NCBI GenBank assembly: GCA_964617475.1
Contig: CAZTYM010000004.1
Span: forward strand, 2,132 to 66,131
Length of the DNA: 64,000 nucleotides
Source: an uncultured Thiotrichales bacterium
Lineage (GTDB): Bacteria > Pseudomonadota > Gammaproteobacteria > GCA-2400775
Direction: 5' to 3'
The first letter of the stretch is position 1. Each line of letters opens with the position of its first letter. The notes under the pieces were generated by a model. That model did no database searches. It saw only the letters and a list, made by a program, of their open reading frames with translations, and was not told the DNA's origin. This document shows, piece by piece, positions 48,932-59,219 of this stretch. Position numbers and translations under genes: made by a program.

Positions 48932-49381
48932 ATGAGAATTTGGATGCTAATCTTTATTTTACTTGCTTTAGGTAGCTGCGATAATAACGGTTCTGATGGC
49001 TCTATAGAGATAGAATTATTGACTAAAAACCAGAATGGTCAAGCGGTTAATGAGTTTGCTCTCGGAGAGAATATCAGTTTTGAATTAACACTAAGGAACA
49101 AAACCAAAAATGATTATGTAATGAACTTCGCGGATGGAGGGCAGTTTGGTTTTCACGTGTTAAATGATGCGAGGTCTCATGTCTGGTTATGGGGGGCAGA
49201 TATCAATGTCATAGCTGCGTTTACGCAAATCATTGTGCGTCCAGATGATTTGGTCCAAAAAACTATTGTTTGGGACCAGATGTTGAGCAATGGTGAAAAT
49301 ATACCACCGGGTAGGTATATAGTTGAGGGGGCTTTCAAAGATCAATCACCTAAGATGGAAGCTAGTTTTATAATTAAATAA
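48932..49381 (+). CDS. Lipoprotein with BsuPI-like (proteinase-inhibitor-like) Ig domain
   Basis: LGSC lipobox, F..G.QF.F.V......VW.W and WDQ....G...PPGRY. Confidence 0.65.
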   Translation: MRIWMLIFILLALGSCDNNGSDGSIEIELLTKNQNGQAVNEFALGENISFELTLRNKTKNDYVMNFADGGQFGFHVLNDARSHVWLWGADINVIAAFTQIIVRPDDLVQKTIVWDQMLSNGENIPPGRYIVEGAFKDQSPKMEASFIIK

Positions 49382-49389
49382 TGTTAAGT

Positions 49390-50178
49390 TTATTTGCCGG
49401 AATTTTTCGGGTTCGGTATAAACCGCATCAGTTTTTGCAGTAAGGGCATATCCACATCAAGATCGCTTGCTAATTGATTGACGTCTTCTTCGCTAATCGG
49501 TGTAGGAGGTTGTTTTGATAAAAATAAAATGATATTTCTGTCTTCAGGCACATCTAACAAAGCCATCGTATCGAAGTGTGGATAGACGGCCTGTAAAATT
49601 TTGAGTAGTTCCGTACCATCGTTCATAATGAGATTAATAGCAGCAATACCGTCATCGGATAACGCGTTTGCCAAATTCTGATAGAAGGAGCTATTGATCA
49701 AGCAATCGGGCGTGCCATCCTGACCAAAAATGTCACAATAAATTGTATCGTATAGTTCACGGTTGTGAGCCAGATAGACTTCGGCGTCATTGCAAATCAC
49801 GTCATATTCTTCGTGATTAATATGGAAGTATTCTCGACATACTTTGATCACCAATGGGCTGAGTTCGATAGAGCGTATTGATGTTTCTGGCCGTTTTTTC
49901 TTAAAAAACCGTTCCATCGCTCCGCCGCCTAGGCCAAGACTTAGTATTTTGGTTGGTGATGTCTGGAACATGAAAGTCGCCAGCAGCGTTTTTGAATAGG
50001 GAAGAATCAGTAGTTCGGGTTCATTTATAAGCATTGCGGATTGAATAGCCAGGCTATTAAAGTGAAACCAGCGAATGCCATTTATTTCACGTACTTCGAT
50101 GTATTCACCGTCCTGTTCAAGCGTATCGAGTAATTCGCCACTTTTTAAATTGAAGTTTGAAAGGTCAATTGTTGTCAT
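49390..50178 (-). CDS. Spermidine synthase-like SAM-dependent transferase
   Basis: QSAM....P..L..PY, LGLGGG, IELSP.VI, DA..Y and D.I..D.F. Confidence 0.8.
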   Translation of the reverse strand: MTTIDLSNFNLKSGELLDTLEQDGEYIEVREINGIRWFHFNSLAIQSAMLINEPELLILPYSKTLLATFMFQTSPTKILSLGLGGGAMERFFKKKRPETSIRSIELSPLVIKVCREYFHINHEEYDVICNDAEVYLAHNRELYDTIYCDIFGQDGTPDCLINSSFYQNLANALSDDGIAAINLIMNDGTELLKILQAVYPHFDTMALLDVPEDRNIILFLSKQPPTPISEEDVNQLASDLDVDMPLLQKLMRFIPNPKNSGK

Positions 50179-50310
50179 CGAAGTTCAGCCTGGTTTTCCC
50201 GGGTCGCTATACCTTTCTAATAAGGCAAATTTCGTCAAGATCGGGCGTCTGTGTTAGTATCGCAGCCCTTTTGCCTCTATTCTCATAGAATTCTCTGTTA
50301 CGAGATTAAC

Positions 50311-51825
50311 ATGTTTTATCACTATTTAGCCGGACAAGGCAGCCCGAAAAACGACATATTGTCAGGTCTTACCGTGGCGTTAGCGCTCGTTCCCGAAGCG
50401 GTAGCGTTTGCCTTTGTCGCCGGTGTTGAGCCTTTGGTGGGTCTCTATGCGGCGTTTTTGGTTGGTTTAATCACCGGTTTGTTCGGTGGCCGTCCAGGCA
50501 TGATCTCTGGTGCTACGGGTTCAATGGCGGTAGTCATGGTTGCCTTGGTAGCACAGCATGGTCTGGAATATTTGTTGGCGGCAGTTGTGTTAACTGGGAT
50601 TATCCAAATAGTCATCGGTTTGCTCAAACTAGGAAAGTTGATTCGAATCGTGCCGCATCCGGTGATGCTAGGCTTTGTAAATGGCTTGGCCATTGTGATC
50701 TTTTTGGCACAGTTAAAGACGTTCCAGATCGATGGTGATTGGATTGAAGGTCAGGCACTATGGATTATGTTGGGGCTGGTTGCTTTAACGATGGCCATCA
50801 TCTATTTCTTACCTAAGCTAACTAATGCTATCCCCTCATCGTTGGCGGCTATTATTACCGTATCGCTAATTGTAATTGTGGTTGGTTTAGATAGCCGCAC
50901 CGTTGGTGATTTAGCGTCAATAAAAGGCGATTTACCCAGCTTTCATATTCCCATGGTCGAACTAAGTTGGGAAACATTTAAAATAATCTTGCCCTACGCG
51001 ATAGTGCTGGCATTAATTGGCCTAATAGAATCATTGTTAACGCTAACCGTGATCGATGAAATGACCGACACGCGCGGTCGCGGTAATGTCGAATGCGTGG
51101 CGCAAGGTGGCGCTAACTTAGTTACCGGCTTTTTTGGTGGCATGGGCGGTTGCGCCATGATTGGTCAAAGCATGATCAATATCGAATCTGGCGGTAGAGG
51201 GCGCTTATCATCAATCAGTGCTGCGTTATTCTTGCTTGCCTTTATACTGTTCGCCTCAGGCTTAATCGAACAGATTCCACTTGCCGCCTTAACCGGCGTG
51301 ATGTTTATGGTGGTCATCGGTACGTTTGAGTGGTCGAGTTTCCGAATCTTAGGAAAAATTCCCAAATCAGATGCTTTTGTATTAATACTGGTATCCGGTG
51401 TTACCGTGTTTACCGATCTAGCTGTGGCGGTAATCGTTGGTGTGATCGTCTCTGCGTTGGTATTTGCTTGGGAGCACGCCAAACATATTGGCGTAAAAAG
51501 CTATATCGACGAAAAGGGTTCCAAAGTCTATGAGTTAAGTGGTCCTCTGTTTTTCGCTTCAGTGAAAAATTTTCAAGATTTATTTAATCCTAAAGATGAC
51601 CCAGAAGATGTGATCATCGAGTTTCAAAACTCAAGGGTAGTCGATCATTCAGCAATTGAATCTATAGATACCTTAGCAGAGCGCTACTTAAAACTGGACA
51701 AACGTCTGCATTTACGTCATCTCAGTCCAGAGTGCAGGTTGCTATTGAAAAAGGCGGGTGATCTGGTGGAAGTCAATTATTTAGAAGATCCTAAATACCA
51801 TGTAGCAGATAATGAACTAAACTAG
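50311..51825 (+). CDS. SulP family anion transporter with STAS domain
   Basis: [30 protein letters not shown] and GPLFFAS. ATG 50311 preferred. Confidence 0.93.
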   Translation: MFYHYLAGQGSPKNDILSGLTVALALVPEAVAFAFVAGVEPLVGLYAAFLVGLITGLFGGRPGMISGATGSMAVVMVALVAQHGLEYLLAAVVLTGIIQIVIGLLKLGKLIRIVPHPVMLGFVNGLAIVIFLAQLKTFQIDGDWIEGQALWIMLGLVALTMAIIYFLPKLTNAIPSSLAAIITVSLIVIVVGLDSRTVGDLASIKGDLPSFHIPMVELSWETFKIILPYAIVLALIGLIESLLTLTVIDEMTDTRGRGNVECVAQGGANLVTGFFGGMGGCAMIGQSMINIESGGRGRLSSISAALFLLAFILFASGLIEQIPLAALTGVMFMVVIGTFEWSSFRILGKIPKSDAFVLILVSGVTVFTDLAVAVIVGVIVSALVFAWEHAKHIGVKSYIDEKGSKVYELSGPLFFASVKNFQDLFNPKDDPEDVIIEFQNSRVVDHSAIESIDTLAERYLKLDKRLHLRHLSPECRLLLKKAGDLVEVNYLEDPKYHVADNELN

Positions 51826-51962
51826 TTTCAAAACTACTGCGCTTGTTGATGCTGCGTTAAAAATAATCTCAAAATACTCATTTACTAACGTGTAAACTCC
51901 GTTTCCTCGATTATTTTTGCCTTGTCTCAACTGCGCTCGTAACGTTTTGAATACAGACCTAA
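51822..51962. repeat. About 140-bp nested palindromic element (MITE/RPE-1-like)
   Basis: Outer TTCAAAAC/GTTTTGAA, inner AAAAATAATC/GATTATTTTT, CTGCGTT...GCCTTG arms and core CTCATTTAC..GTAAACTCCG. Confidence 0.7.
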
Positions 51963-52022
51963 TGTTAGCGATAAAACGATCCGATAACTGCTTTAACATT
52001 GGTTGAGCGAAAGGAGGTGCTC

Positions 52023-52118
52023 ATGAATTCGAATAATCCGTTTGCCAGTTTGCCTTTTGTAGCTTGTCTCTTTCTCATCGCTATGATTGGCTTGCATTTG
52101 TTGCAAGCGTTAGGCTAA
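52023..52118 (+). CDS. Small hydrophobic peptide, 31 aa (MNSNNPFASLPFVACLFLIAMIGLHLLQALG), not in the ORF track
   Basis: AAGGAGGT SD at 52011-52018, one transmembrane-length hydrophobic stretch, stop 2 bp from the convergent gene's stop. Confidence 0.6.
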   Translation: MNSNNPFASLPFVACLFLIAMIGLHLLQALG

Positions 52119-52120
52119 TT

Positions 52121-52735
52121 CTAAAGATCGCGCTGGCTGAGGTAGTCCAGAATCTCTTCTATCGAGGCGAGATCGCCTTTTTTATTGTATTTTTCCATGC
52201 GTTCCAGTTCAGAGTAAATAAATTCTTCGCGGTTGCCATATAAGGTACCTTGAGAATGCGAGACGTTTTCTTGCCATGATAAAGCGTGCCCGGGCTGGCT
52301 ATAGACTTTTAACTCTGGGTATTGCCTTAAAGCAGCGGTCACTACTGTTGAGAAAGCACGTAACTGATGGAAGGGCGCTGAAACGATTAATAACCGAGCG
52401 ATATTATTTTTCTTAGCATAACGTATGATTTCAAAGGCTTCGATGTAAGTATTAATCATATCGAAGTGATGAATATCGATGCCTTTGATTTTGTCTTCTG
52501 GCACGCCGCGTTTATCTAATATGTCGAGCCATTTATCGATACCAATATACCCAGATTTTGGTCCGCTATCCGCAATCCAAAGTTGCTGAATAGTGTCAGT
52601 TTCAAGAAGCGCTATACCTTTATCAATAACAGAATCTTGGTTACCTTCCGTCATCGCATAAAGGTAGGCGGCCTGACAAGGCGGATAAGGGTCAGAGAAA
52701 ACTTTAAACAATAGTTCTGGAATGAGTTTATGCAT
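52121..52735 (-). CDS. YdcF/DUF218-like protein
   Basis: GVP...I, NT..EA, LLIVSAPFHQLRAF and EL.R...Y..KGDL. Confidence 0.75.
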   Translation of the reverse strand: MHKLIPELLFKVFSDPYPPCQAAYLYAMTEGNQDSVIDKGIALLETDTIQQLWIADSGPKSGYIGIDKWLDILDKRGVPEDKIKGIDIHHFDMINTYIEAFEIIRYAKKNNIARLLIVSAPFHQLRAFSTVVTAALRQYPELKVYSQPGHALSWQENVSHSQGTLYGNREEFIYSELERMEKYNKKGDLASIEEILDYLSQRDL

Positions 52736-53732
52736 CGCAATAGTCTGTTTGCCATTCGTCATTTTGTAAGCTTAACTCTTCTTTAAAGCGCGAACCTGGG
52801 TTGTCAATCCAGCTAATTAAATCTTTATAGACATTCTCGGCTTGCAAATCTCGGCTAAGCATGTGGTAGCCTTGAGAATAGAGTACAAAGCGCCAGTTAT
52901 TATCTACTTTTTTTGCATTGGCTAGTAATCGGCAAGTTGGTTTTTTAGTGATAAGTTCATCTTTGTCGCCATAGAGAATTAGACCTTTGGTGGAGATACG
53001 TTTTGCGGCTTGCAGAGCTTTATCCATTAAGTTGTTTAATCCGTGTAAGGTGTCAATGCGAGTGCCTTTTATCACCAATGGGTCTTTCGAGAGCGCGCGT
53101 AGCATATCGTAGTTATCAGTAACAACACGTTCAAAGCCTTTGCCCGTTGGTTTCCAGCCGGGAGCAATGCGCACCGTTAGCCATAATGCGAGCCGCTGGT
53201 ACCAGGGTTGGGTATGCCTTGCCCAGACAGCGGGCGCTAAGGCAGCGATGCCTTCTACATGTGGCAGTGCGTGTTCTGCAAATGTCGTGAGGACAACGGC
53301 GCCACCCATGCTCTCACCAATGACATACAGTGGTAGATTTGGATATTGTTGTTTTACCAGTTTCGTTAGTGTTGCCAGGTCATGTTGCAATTCATTGTTG
53401 CGTGGCCATAGCCCTCGGTGTTCTGTTTCACCAAAACCACGTTGATCGTAACGAATACAATGGATCTGTCGCTCAGACAAATAATCACATAATGGTGTGA
53501 ACGCATTGCGGTAATCATTAAAGCCATGTAGCGCAATAATGACCGCTTTAGGCTGATTTGCTTTGTGTTGGTTGAGTGTTAAACGGTAGCCGTCTGACAT
53601 AACGGCGCTATGTTCGCTAAGGTAAGGGGTTTGTTGTGTCTTTGAAATTGGTTGGTACTGCGGAGCGCTACATGCAGATGCGAGCAATACACTTAAAAAA
53701 AGAGCTAACGAAATAAGGAATTGTTTTTTCAT
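52728..53732 (-). CDS. Alpha/beta hydrolase (lysophospholipase-like) lipoprotein
   Basis: ASAC lipobox, LHGFNDY, DQRGFG, GESMGG nucleophile and catalytic YH. Confidence 0.88.
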   Translation of the reverse strand: MKKQFLISLALFLSVLLASACSAPQYQPISKTQQTPYLSEHSAVMSDGYRLTLNQHKANQPKAVIIALHGFNDYRNAFTPLCDYLSERQIHCIRYDQRGFGETEHRGLWPRNNELQHDLATLTKLVKQQYPNLPLYVIGESMGGAVVLTTFAEHALPHVEGIAALAPAVWARHTQPWYQRLALWLTVRIAPGWKPTGKGFERVVTDNYDMLRALSKDPLVIKGTRIDTLHGLNNLMDKALQAAKRISTKGLILYGDKDELITKKPTCRLLANAKKVDNNWRFVLYSQGYHMLSRDLQAENVYKDLISWIDNPGSRFKEELSLQNDEWQTDYCDA

Positions 53733-53765
53733 GCCTAGAGAGTTTTATCGTTAGCTTATGGCAGT

Positions 53766-54548
53766 TTAAGTGGTACAGGAATACAGTCTCGCAAATTCTT
53801 CCAGGCTCAGTGTCTCGGCTCGTCTGCCAGGATCAATTTCAGCGTTTTCGAAAATATTTATATCCAACCATTCTTTGAGGTTATTACGAAGGGTTTTACG
53901 TTTTTGCATAAATGCGGCTTTGACAAATTGATGAAATTTATTCTTATCTTCGAGATCTACAGGTAAAGTTTGGTGCGGGCGTAAACGAATAATTGATGAT
54001 TCTACTTTAGGTGGTGGTGTAAAAGCGGAGGGTGCAATGTTGAAAAGCAATTCGACCTGATAGTGTAATTGCAGCCACACTGATAGTTGACCATACGATT
54101 TTTCACCGGGTTGTGCGGCAAGACGCTGTGCGACTTCTTTTTGCACCATAAAGCACATCTCGGCGATGACATCATAAAACTCTATTAAATAAAAGAATAA
54201 AGGCGTTGAAATGTTATAAGGCAGGTTGCCGATTAAATATATCGGTGTTTGCTTTGAACCGAGCTGATTAAAATCAAACTTCAACACATCACTCTCATGG
54301 ATGCGTAGTTTCAGGCCTTGCGTTTGTTTATCTTGCCACCACGCTATCAGATCACGATCAATTTCTATGACATCGATGTTTGCACCGTAATCTAATAAAG
54401 GTAGTGTCAAAGCACCGCGTCCAGGGCCTATCTCAACCAGGTCAGAATTTTCAGTCGGATTGATAGCGGAGACGATAGCGTGGATAACACTGTCATCGCT
54501 TAAAAAGTGTTGGCCAAATCGCTTGCGTGGAATATGTTTATCAGGCAT
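53766..54548 (-). CDS. rsmA: 16S rRNA dimethyladenosine transferase
   Basis: RKRFGQHFL, EIGPG.GALT, GNLPYNISTP and F.PPPKVES. Start at ATG 54548. Confidence 0.96.
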   Translation of the reverse strand: MPDKHIPRKRFGQHFLSDDSVIHAIVSAINPTENSDLVEIGPGRGALTLPLLDYGANIDVIEIDRDLIAWWQDKQTQGLKLRIHESDVLKFDFNQLGSKQTPIYLIGNLPYNISTPLFFYLIEFYDVIAEMCFMVQKEVAQRLAAQPGEKSYGQLSVWLQLHYQVELLFNIAPSAFTPPPKVESSIIRLRPHQTLPVDLEDKNKFHQFVKAAFMQKRKTLRNNLKEWLDINIFENAEIDPGRRAETLSLEEFARLYSCTT

Positions 54549-55533
54549 CGCTAATGAGTTCGGCGGCGACGTTGATCGCAGCTTGTAAGCTGCCACTATC
54601 GGCTTGGCCACTTCCAGCGAGATCAAGCGCAGTGCCATGATCAACAGAGGTACGAATAATGGGTAAACCTAACGTGATGTTGACTGCTTCACCAAAGGCA
54701 TGATGTTTTAGCACGGGCAAGCCTTGGTCATGATACATGGCGACAATGACATCAAATTGCATCATATAGCCGGGTGTGAAAATGGTGTCAGCGGGTAATG
54801 GGCCAACAATATTAAACCCGCTTTGCTGTAGTTGCCTGATTACCGGCGTGATAACCGCAATTTCCTCGGTGCCTAAGTGGCCGCCTTCGCCAGCATGTGG
54901 ATTCAGCCCGCAGACGCCGATTTTTGGCGAATCAATTTTAAAATGGTTTTGCAAATCTTGTTGAACAATGCGCAGTGTTTGCTCTAAGCGGTCTGTGCTG
55001 ATCGCGTTACTCACCTTGGAGAGAGGTAAGTGCGTAGTGACTAATGCGACTCGTAAATCGTTACCTGCGAGCATCATAACGGGCAATGCAGCTTTAGTTC
55101 TCTCTGCTAAATACTCGGTATGCCCCTGAAAGGCCGTACCAGCGTCATTAATGATGCCTTTGTGTATCGGGCCTGTCACTAACGCTTGATAGTGATTATT
55201 AAGGCAGCCATCAACCGCTTGATCTAGGCATGCCAATACATAGCCAGCATTAACCGTATTTAACTGCCCTGCTTTGACTGGCTCATTTGAGGATACGTGG
55301 TGCACGCGAATAACATTGGCTGTATGTGCTGTAGCGCTTGCAGATGTGTCTACGTGCTGAAATGTCAGTTGTTGGCTTAGGCCAAGCGCCGTTGCCCTGG
55401 CGCGAAGCATATCGATATCTGCTATAAAAATAAGTTCATGAGCAAAATTGTTTTTAGCAATGTCTAAACAAATATCGGGGCCAATACCCGCAGGCTCGCC
55501 AGGTGTAATAGCAATACGTTTTATTGTATTCAC
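54541..55533 (-). CDS. pdxA: 4-hydroxythreonine-4-phosphate dehydrogenase
   Basis: GEPAGIGPD, GHTE, GLNPHAGE, MYHDQGL and RTSVDHGTA. Confidence 0.96.
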   Translation of the reverse strand: MNTIKRIAITPGEPAGIGPDICLDIAKNNFAHELIFIADIDMLRARATALGLSQQLTFQHVDTSASATAHTANVIRVHHVSSNEPVKAGQLNTVNAGYVLACLDQAVDGCLNNHYQALVTGPIHKGIINDAGTAFQGHTEYLAERTKAALPVMMLAGNDLRVALVTTHLPLSKVSNAISTDRLEQTLRIVQQDLQNHFKIDSPKIGVCGLNPHAGEGGHLGTEEIAVITPVIRQLQQSGFNIVGPLPADTIFTPGYMMQFDVIVAMYHDQGLPVLKHHAFGEAVNITLGLPIIRTSVDHGTALDLAGSGQADSGSLQAAINVAAELISDA

Positions 55534-55569
55534 GGTGAAGTGAGAGAAAGAACTGCTAAGACCTTTTAC

Positions 55570-56877
55570 TTAGATGCGTACTTCAACGTAGGCATCATCA
55601 CGTAATCGGCGGAGTTCGGTTCTTCTTTCCTCGCCGATACGCTGTTCGAGCAACGCTTGACGCGCTTCGTTTCGTTTTACATTTTCGGTTGCATCGAAGT
55701 CACGCCGTTCCATGACTTCGATAATATGCCAGCCGAAACGACTTTCTACGGGTTGACTGATTTCGCCGGCTTGCAAGGTATTCATCGCGCTTTCAAATGG
55801 CGCTACCGTTTGACCTGGGCTGATCCAGCCTAGATTACCGCCTTCTTTACCTGAGCCTAAGTCATCAGAGTGTTCTTTTGCCATCTCGGCAAAGTCACCG
55901 CCTTCGATAATATCCTCCCGCATTTCATCAGCTAGCGCTTTTGCTTCATCACTGCTGCGATCCGTGGTCGCGACAAGTATATGACGCGCTTTTGTTTGTT
56001 GGACAATTTTTGTATCGCCATCACGGGTATCAAGTAGCTTGACGATGTGAAAGCCACTAGTACTTTTAATAACCTCACTTATCTCGCCTTTGTCCAATAC
56101 AGGTATCACATTGGTAAAAAGCGTTGGTAGCTCGTTTGCATTACGCCAACCAAGATTACCACCATCGAGTGCACGTGAATCATTAGACTCGGCTACGGCA
56201 ATTTCGGCAAAATTCTCGCCATCATTCAGGCGTACTACAATGTTCTCTGCTTTACCGCGCGCAGCACTGACTTCTTCACCGCTGGCATTCTCAGGTACCG
56301 CAATAAGGATATGTCCGATTTCATATTCTATATTGACATTGCCTTGAGTTCTTTGGGTTTCAAGAAATGCCGATATATCTGCTTCACTGATGTTCACTCG
56401 GCGGTCAATCTGACGCTGATAGAAACGATTCAGGGTAACTTCATCACGGATATTTTCGCGAAAAGTTTCGAAACTGACGCCGTCACGAACCAATACTTGA
56501 CGAAATTGTGCCAGCGTTAAGTTACTCTCAGCAGCGATATTCTTCAAAGTGCGATTAAGCGTTTCGTCATCTACAGCGATATTAGCGCGACGAGCAGTTT
56601 GCAGTTGTATCTTGCGATTTATCAGGCGCTCTAATACCTGCTTTGCCAGCACATCTCGTGGTGGTGCTTGCGTGTTGCGTCGGCTAAGTTCACTGGCAAT
56701 ACGTTTTACCTCGGCGTCTAATTCTGTGTGAGTAATAATGTCATCGTTAACCACGGCGGCAATACCGTCGAGTTCGATATCACCTTCTTCTGCGAAGCCA
56801 GGTGAATGTAAGCTAGCCAGGCTTAGGCTAAATAGCAGAGCGCTAAAGCTAAGTTTGGAAAAAACAGATTGTGTCAT
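55570..56877 (-). CDS. surA: Periplasmic chaperone/PPIase SurA
   Basis: AVVNDDII and two parvulin domains (HILI, GGNLGW, FGWH). Confidence 0.94.
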   Translation of the reverse strand: MTQSVFSKLSFSALLFSLSLASLHSPGFAEEGDIELDGIAAVVNDDIITHTELDAEVKRIASELSRRNTQAPPRDVLAKQVLERLINRKIQLQTARRANIAVDDETLNRTLKNIAAESNLTLAQFRQVLVRDGVSFETFRENIRDEVTLNRFYQRQIDRRVNISEADISAFLETQRTQGNVNIEYEIGHILIAVPENASGEEVSAARGKAENIVVRLNDGENFAEIAVAESNDSRALDGGNLGWRNANELPTLFTNVIPVLDKGEISEVIKSTSGFHIVKLLDTRDGDTKIVQQTKARHILVATTDRSSDEAKALADEMREDIIEGGDFAEMAKEHSDDLGSGKEGGNLGWISPGQTVAPFESAMNTLQAGEISQPVESRFGWHIIEVMERRDFDATENVKRNEARQALLEQRIGEERRTELRRLRDDAYVEVRI

Positions 56878-56888
56878 AGTAAAAACTC

Positions 56889-59114
56889 TTATCTTCGAAA
56901 GCCAAGAATACCATTTTCCAGTAGAGCATCGATGGGGCTACCAAGGCTAGTTAGCCCCTTAAGCTCAACTTGTGCCAGCCAGGCGCGGTTAGTCCTGCCG
57001 TCGGTGAGATCGTCATCGTTGACAAATTCACGGTAAACCACGGACAGTCGCCAGCAACATTGCTCGTATTCCAGGCCAAAAAATGATTCTAATGTTTGAT
57101 CTTCTTCGATGGAATAGTTCCAGCGCCCAACAGTGCGCCAGCGCTGGCTAAGTGGCCAGAAAAATGATAAGTCAGCCTGTTCAATGTTCTGCGTGCGTCG
57201 CGACCGATAAGATAAATTCAGCCCGCGATCATCTTTCGGTGAGTAGCGCAGGCTGGCAACGGTGAGCACCGAATTTTCATTGTCTGGGTCCCATTGCCAC
57301 TCACCGCTGAAGCTGAATTGATCACTAGGATTAATACTTAGGCGGGAGACGAAATCTGAGCTGTTTCTGGTATCTGGTCCAGCGTTTCCTGCTTGTACGC
57401 GGCGGTCGCGAAAATGACGAATTTGGCCGATGGCGATTTGCGCCAGTTCTCGACCGTCACGATCATCGAGCAAGCGAGAGGTCAGCGCGATACTGACCTG
57501 ATTAGCGTCGCCAATGCGGTCTGCGCCTGAGAAGCGGTTATCTCTAAATAATTGGCCAAAGTTAAAGTCGTTAGCGCCGGTATCAAACAACGGAATGTCG
57601 CTTTGATCTCGAAAAGGTACATATAGGTAAAATAGCCTCGGCTCCAGTGTATGAACATATTCTCCCTGGTTAAGCGAAAACGCTTTATCAAAGAATAATC
57701 CGCCATCTAGACTGCTGATGGGTACGGTTCTGGATTGGTTGGCATCCACCCCATCGGCCTGGTCGTCAAGTCGGTATTGGGTATGTTGAAGCTTGAATCT
57801 GGGTTCAAAAAAGCCCCAACTACGTTCAAAGCGTCGGTTTAATGTTGGTTGCAGATCAAAGCGCTGGCCGGTAACACTATTGTCTCGATCAAACTGTACC
57901 CATTCGCTACGCAGTCGCTGGTTAATATCAAACCAAGGCCTGAATCGCGGCGAGTTGTAAAGGATTTGCGGTAAGCGTTTAAAAGGGCCAACACTGGCGT
58001 CCAAGACCTGGAAATCTTGGACTCGTGTGAGCAAAGTACCGGCCTTGCCTGAGTAACTAAGATCTGCTTTACGCTCGAGATTGGCAATGGAAGCAACAGC
58101 TAAACTATTACCCAGATCCTCGAAATATTCAGAGTCAGAAACTTCTGAAAATAGCAGCTCGCCACGCCAGTTGCTGGAAAAATTGGAATTATGTTTTAGG
58201 CGCAATAAATTTCTATCGTCTTCAAATACACTGTCATCTGGTAGGTATTCCGCTTCGATTACACCATTATGATTTTTGCTTAAATAGCGAAACTCATTTT
58301 GTAGTTGCACACCGCGTCTTTCGATAAATCTTGGTGCAATTGTGGCGTCGTAATTAGGCGCAAGATTGAGATAATAAGGTAGTCGAAATTCGAAGCCAGA
58401 TTCATCAGAACTACCAAAGCTGGGCGCTAAAAACCCTGATTTTCGCTTATCAGTGATAGGGAAATTGAGATAAGGTGTATATAACACAGGTATTTTCTGA
58501 ATACGTAATACGGCATGGTAGGCTTCGCCTAGATTTTTGGCGCGATTAAGCTTGATGCGTGGTGCAGTTAGTGACCAGCTGTTATCGCCTTCATCACACG
58601 TGGTATAGGCACCGCTAACCAAACGAATTTTATTTCGCCCCTCAAGTATTACTTTGCCTGCGCTGGCGCGGGCATGTTGTAGAGGAAAGCGTACATCAGC
58701 TTTATCGATATCGCCTTCAAAGGTTTCAACATTAATGTCGGCTTTGTCACCGAGTAAAGTGAAATCCTTCTCCCGATAAGTAATATTACCCTCTGCCTGA
58801 ACGCGGTCTTGAGAGCGCGTATAGCGTGCTCTGTCCGTGATTAAAAGCTGGCTACCCCGCTTGATATTGACATTACCGACAAACTCCATCGTTTCCTGCT
58901 GAATACTTTCGCCAGAGTCAGCAGTAATTTCCAGTGGCGCTAGTGCATCGTTGGTTGCTACAGAGTTGTCCAGAGAGAGTTGTGGAAGCGAGAGTGATTC
59001 GTCAATTGCACGGCATAAGGCGGCGCTATTGGCATTGTTTATTGGCATGATCAGCAAAAACACAAAGATCGGCCAATAAAATGCGAATAAATTGTTAAAT
59101 TTATAATTTTGCAC
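56889..59114 (-). CDS. lptD: LPS assembly protein LptD
   Basis: YTTC, RKSGFL.P, PYYLNLAPNYD, LEPRLFYLYVP, DRIGDANQ and CCW. Confidence 0.95.
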   Translation of the reverse strand: MQNYKFNNLFAFYWPIFVFLLIMPINNANSAALCRAIDESLSLPQLSLDNSVATNDALAPLEITADSGESIQQETMEFVGNVNIKRGSQLLITDRARYTRSQDRVQAEGNITYREKDFTLLGDKADINVETFEGDIDKADVRFPLQHARASAGKVILEGRNKIRLVSGAYTTCDEGDNSWSLTAPRIKLNRAKNLGEAYHAVLRIQKIPVLYTPYLNFPITDKRKSGFLAPSFGSSDESGFEFRLPYYLNLAPNYDATIAPRFIERRGVQLQNEFRYLSKNHNGVIEAEYLPDDSVFEDDRNLLRLKHNSNFSSNWRGELLFSEVSDSEYFEDLGNSLAVASIANLERKADLSYSGKAGTLLTRVQDFQVLDASVGPFKRLPQILYNSPRFRPWFDINQRLRSEWVQFDRDNSVTGQRFDLQPTLNRRFERSWGFFEPRFKLQHTQYRLDDQADGVDANQSRTVPISSLDGGLFFDKAFSLNQGEYVHTLEPRLFYLYVPFRDQSDIPLFDTGANDFNFGQLFRDNRFSGADRIGDANQVSIALTSRLLDDRDGRELAQIAIGQIRHFRDRRVQAGNAGPDTRNSSDFVSRLSINPSDQFSFSGEWQWDPDNENSVLTVASLRYSPKDDRGLNLSYRSRRTQNIEQADLSFFWPLSQRWRTVGRWNYSIEEDQTLESFFGLEYEQCCWRLSVVYREFVNDDDLTDGRTNRAWLAQVELKGLTSLGSPIDALLENGILGFRR

Positions 59115-59219
59115 GTAACGTATTGTAACGGTTGGCCAGGTATTATGCCGATTTGCTGGAGAGATTCCTTATAAATGACATAAAATGAACCACCAATGAA
59201 ACTTATAGACTAATGCATC

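Noticed and set aside
51817-51999. 60-aa minus-strand ORF
   Set aside because: It coincides with the palindromic element and is probably an incidental open frame.
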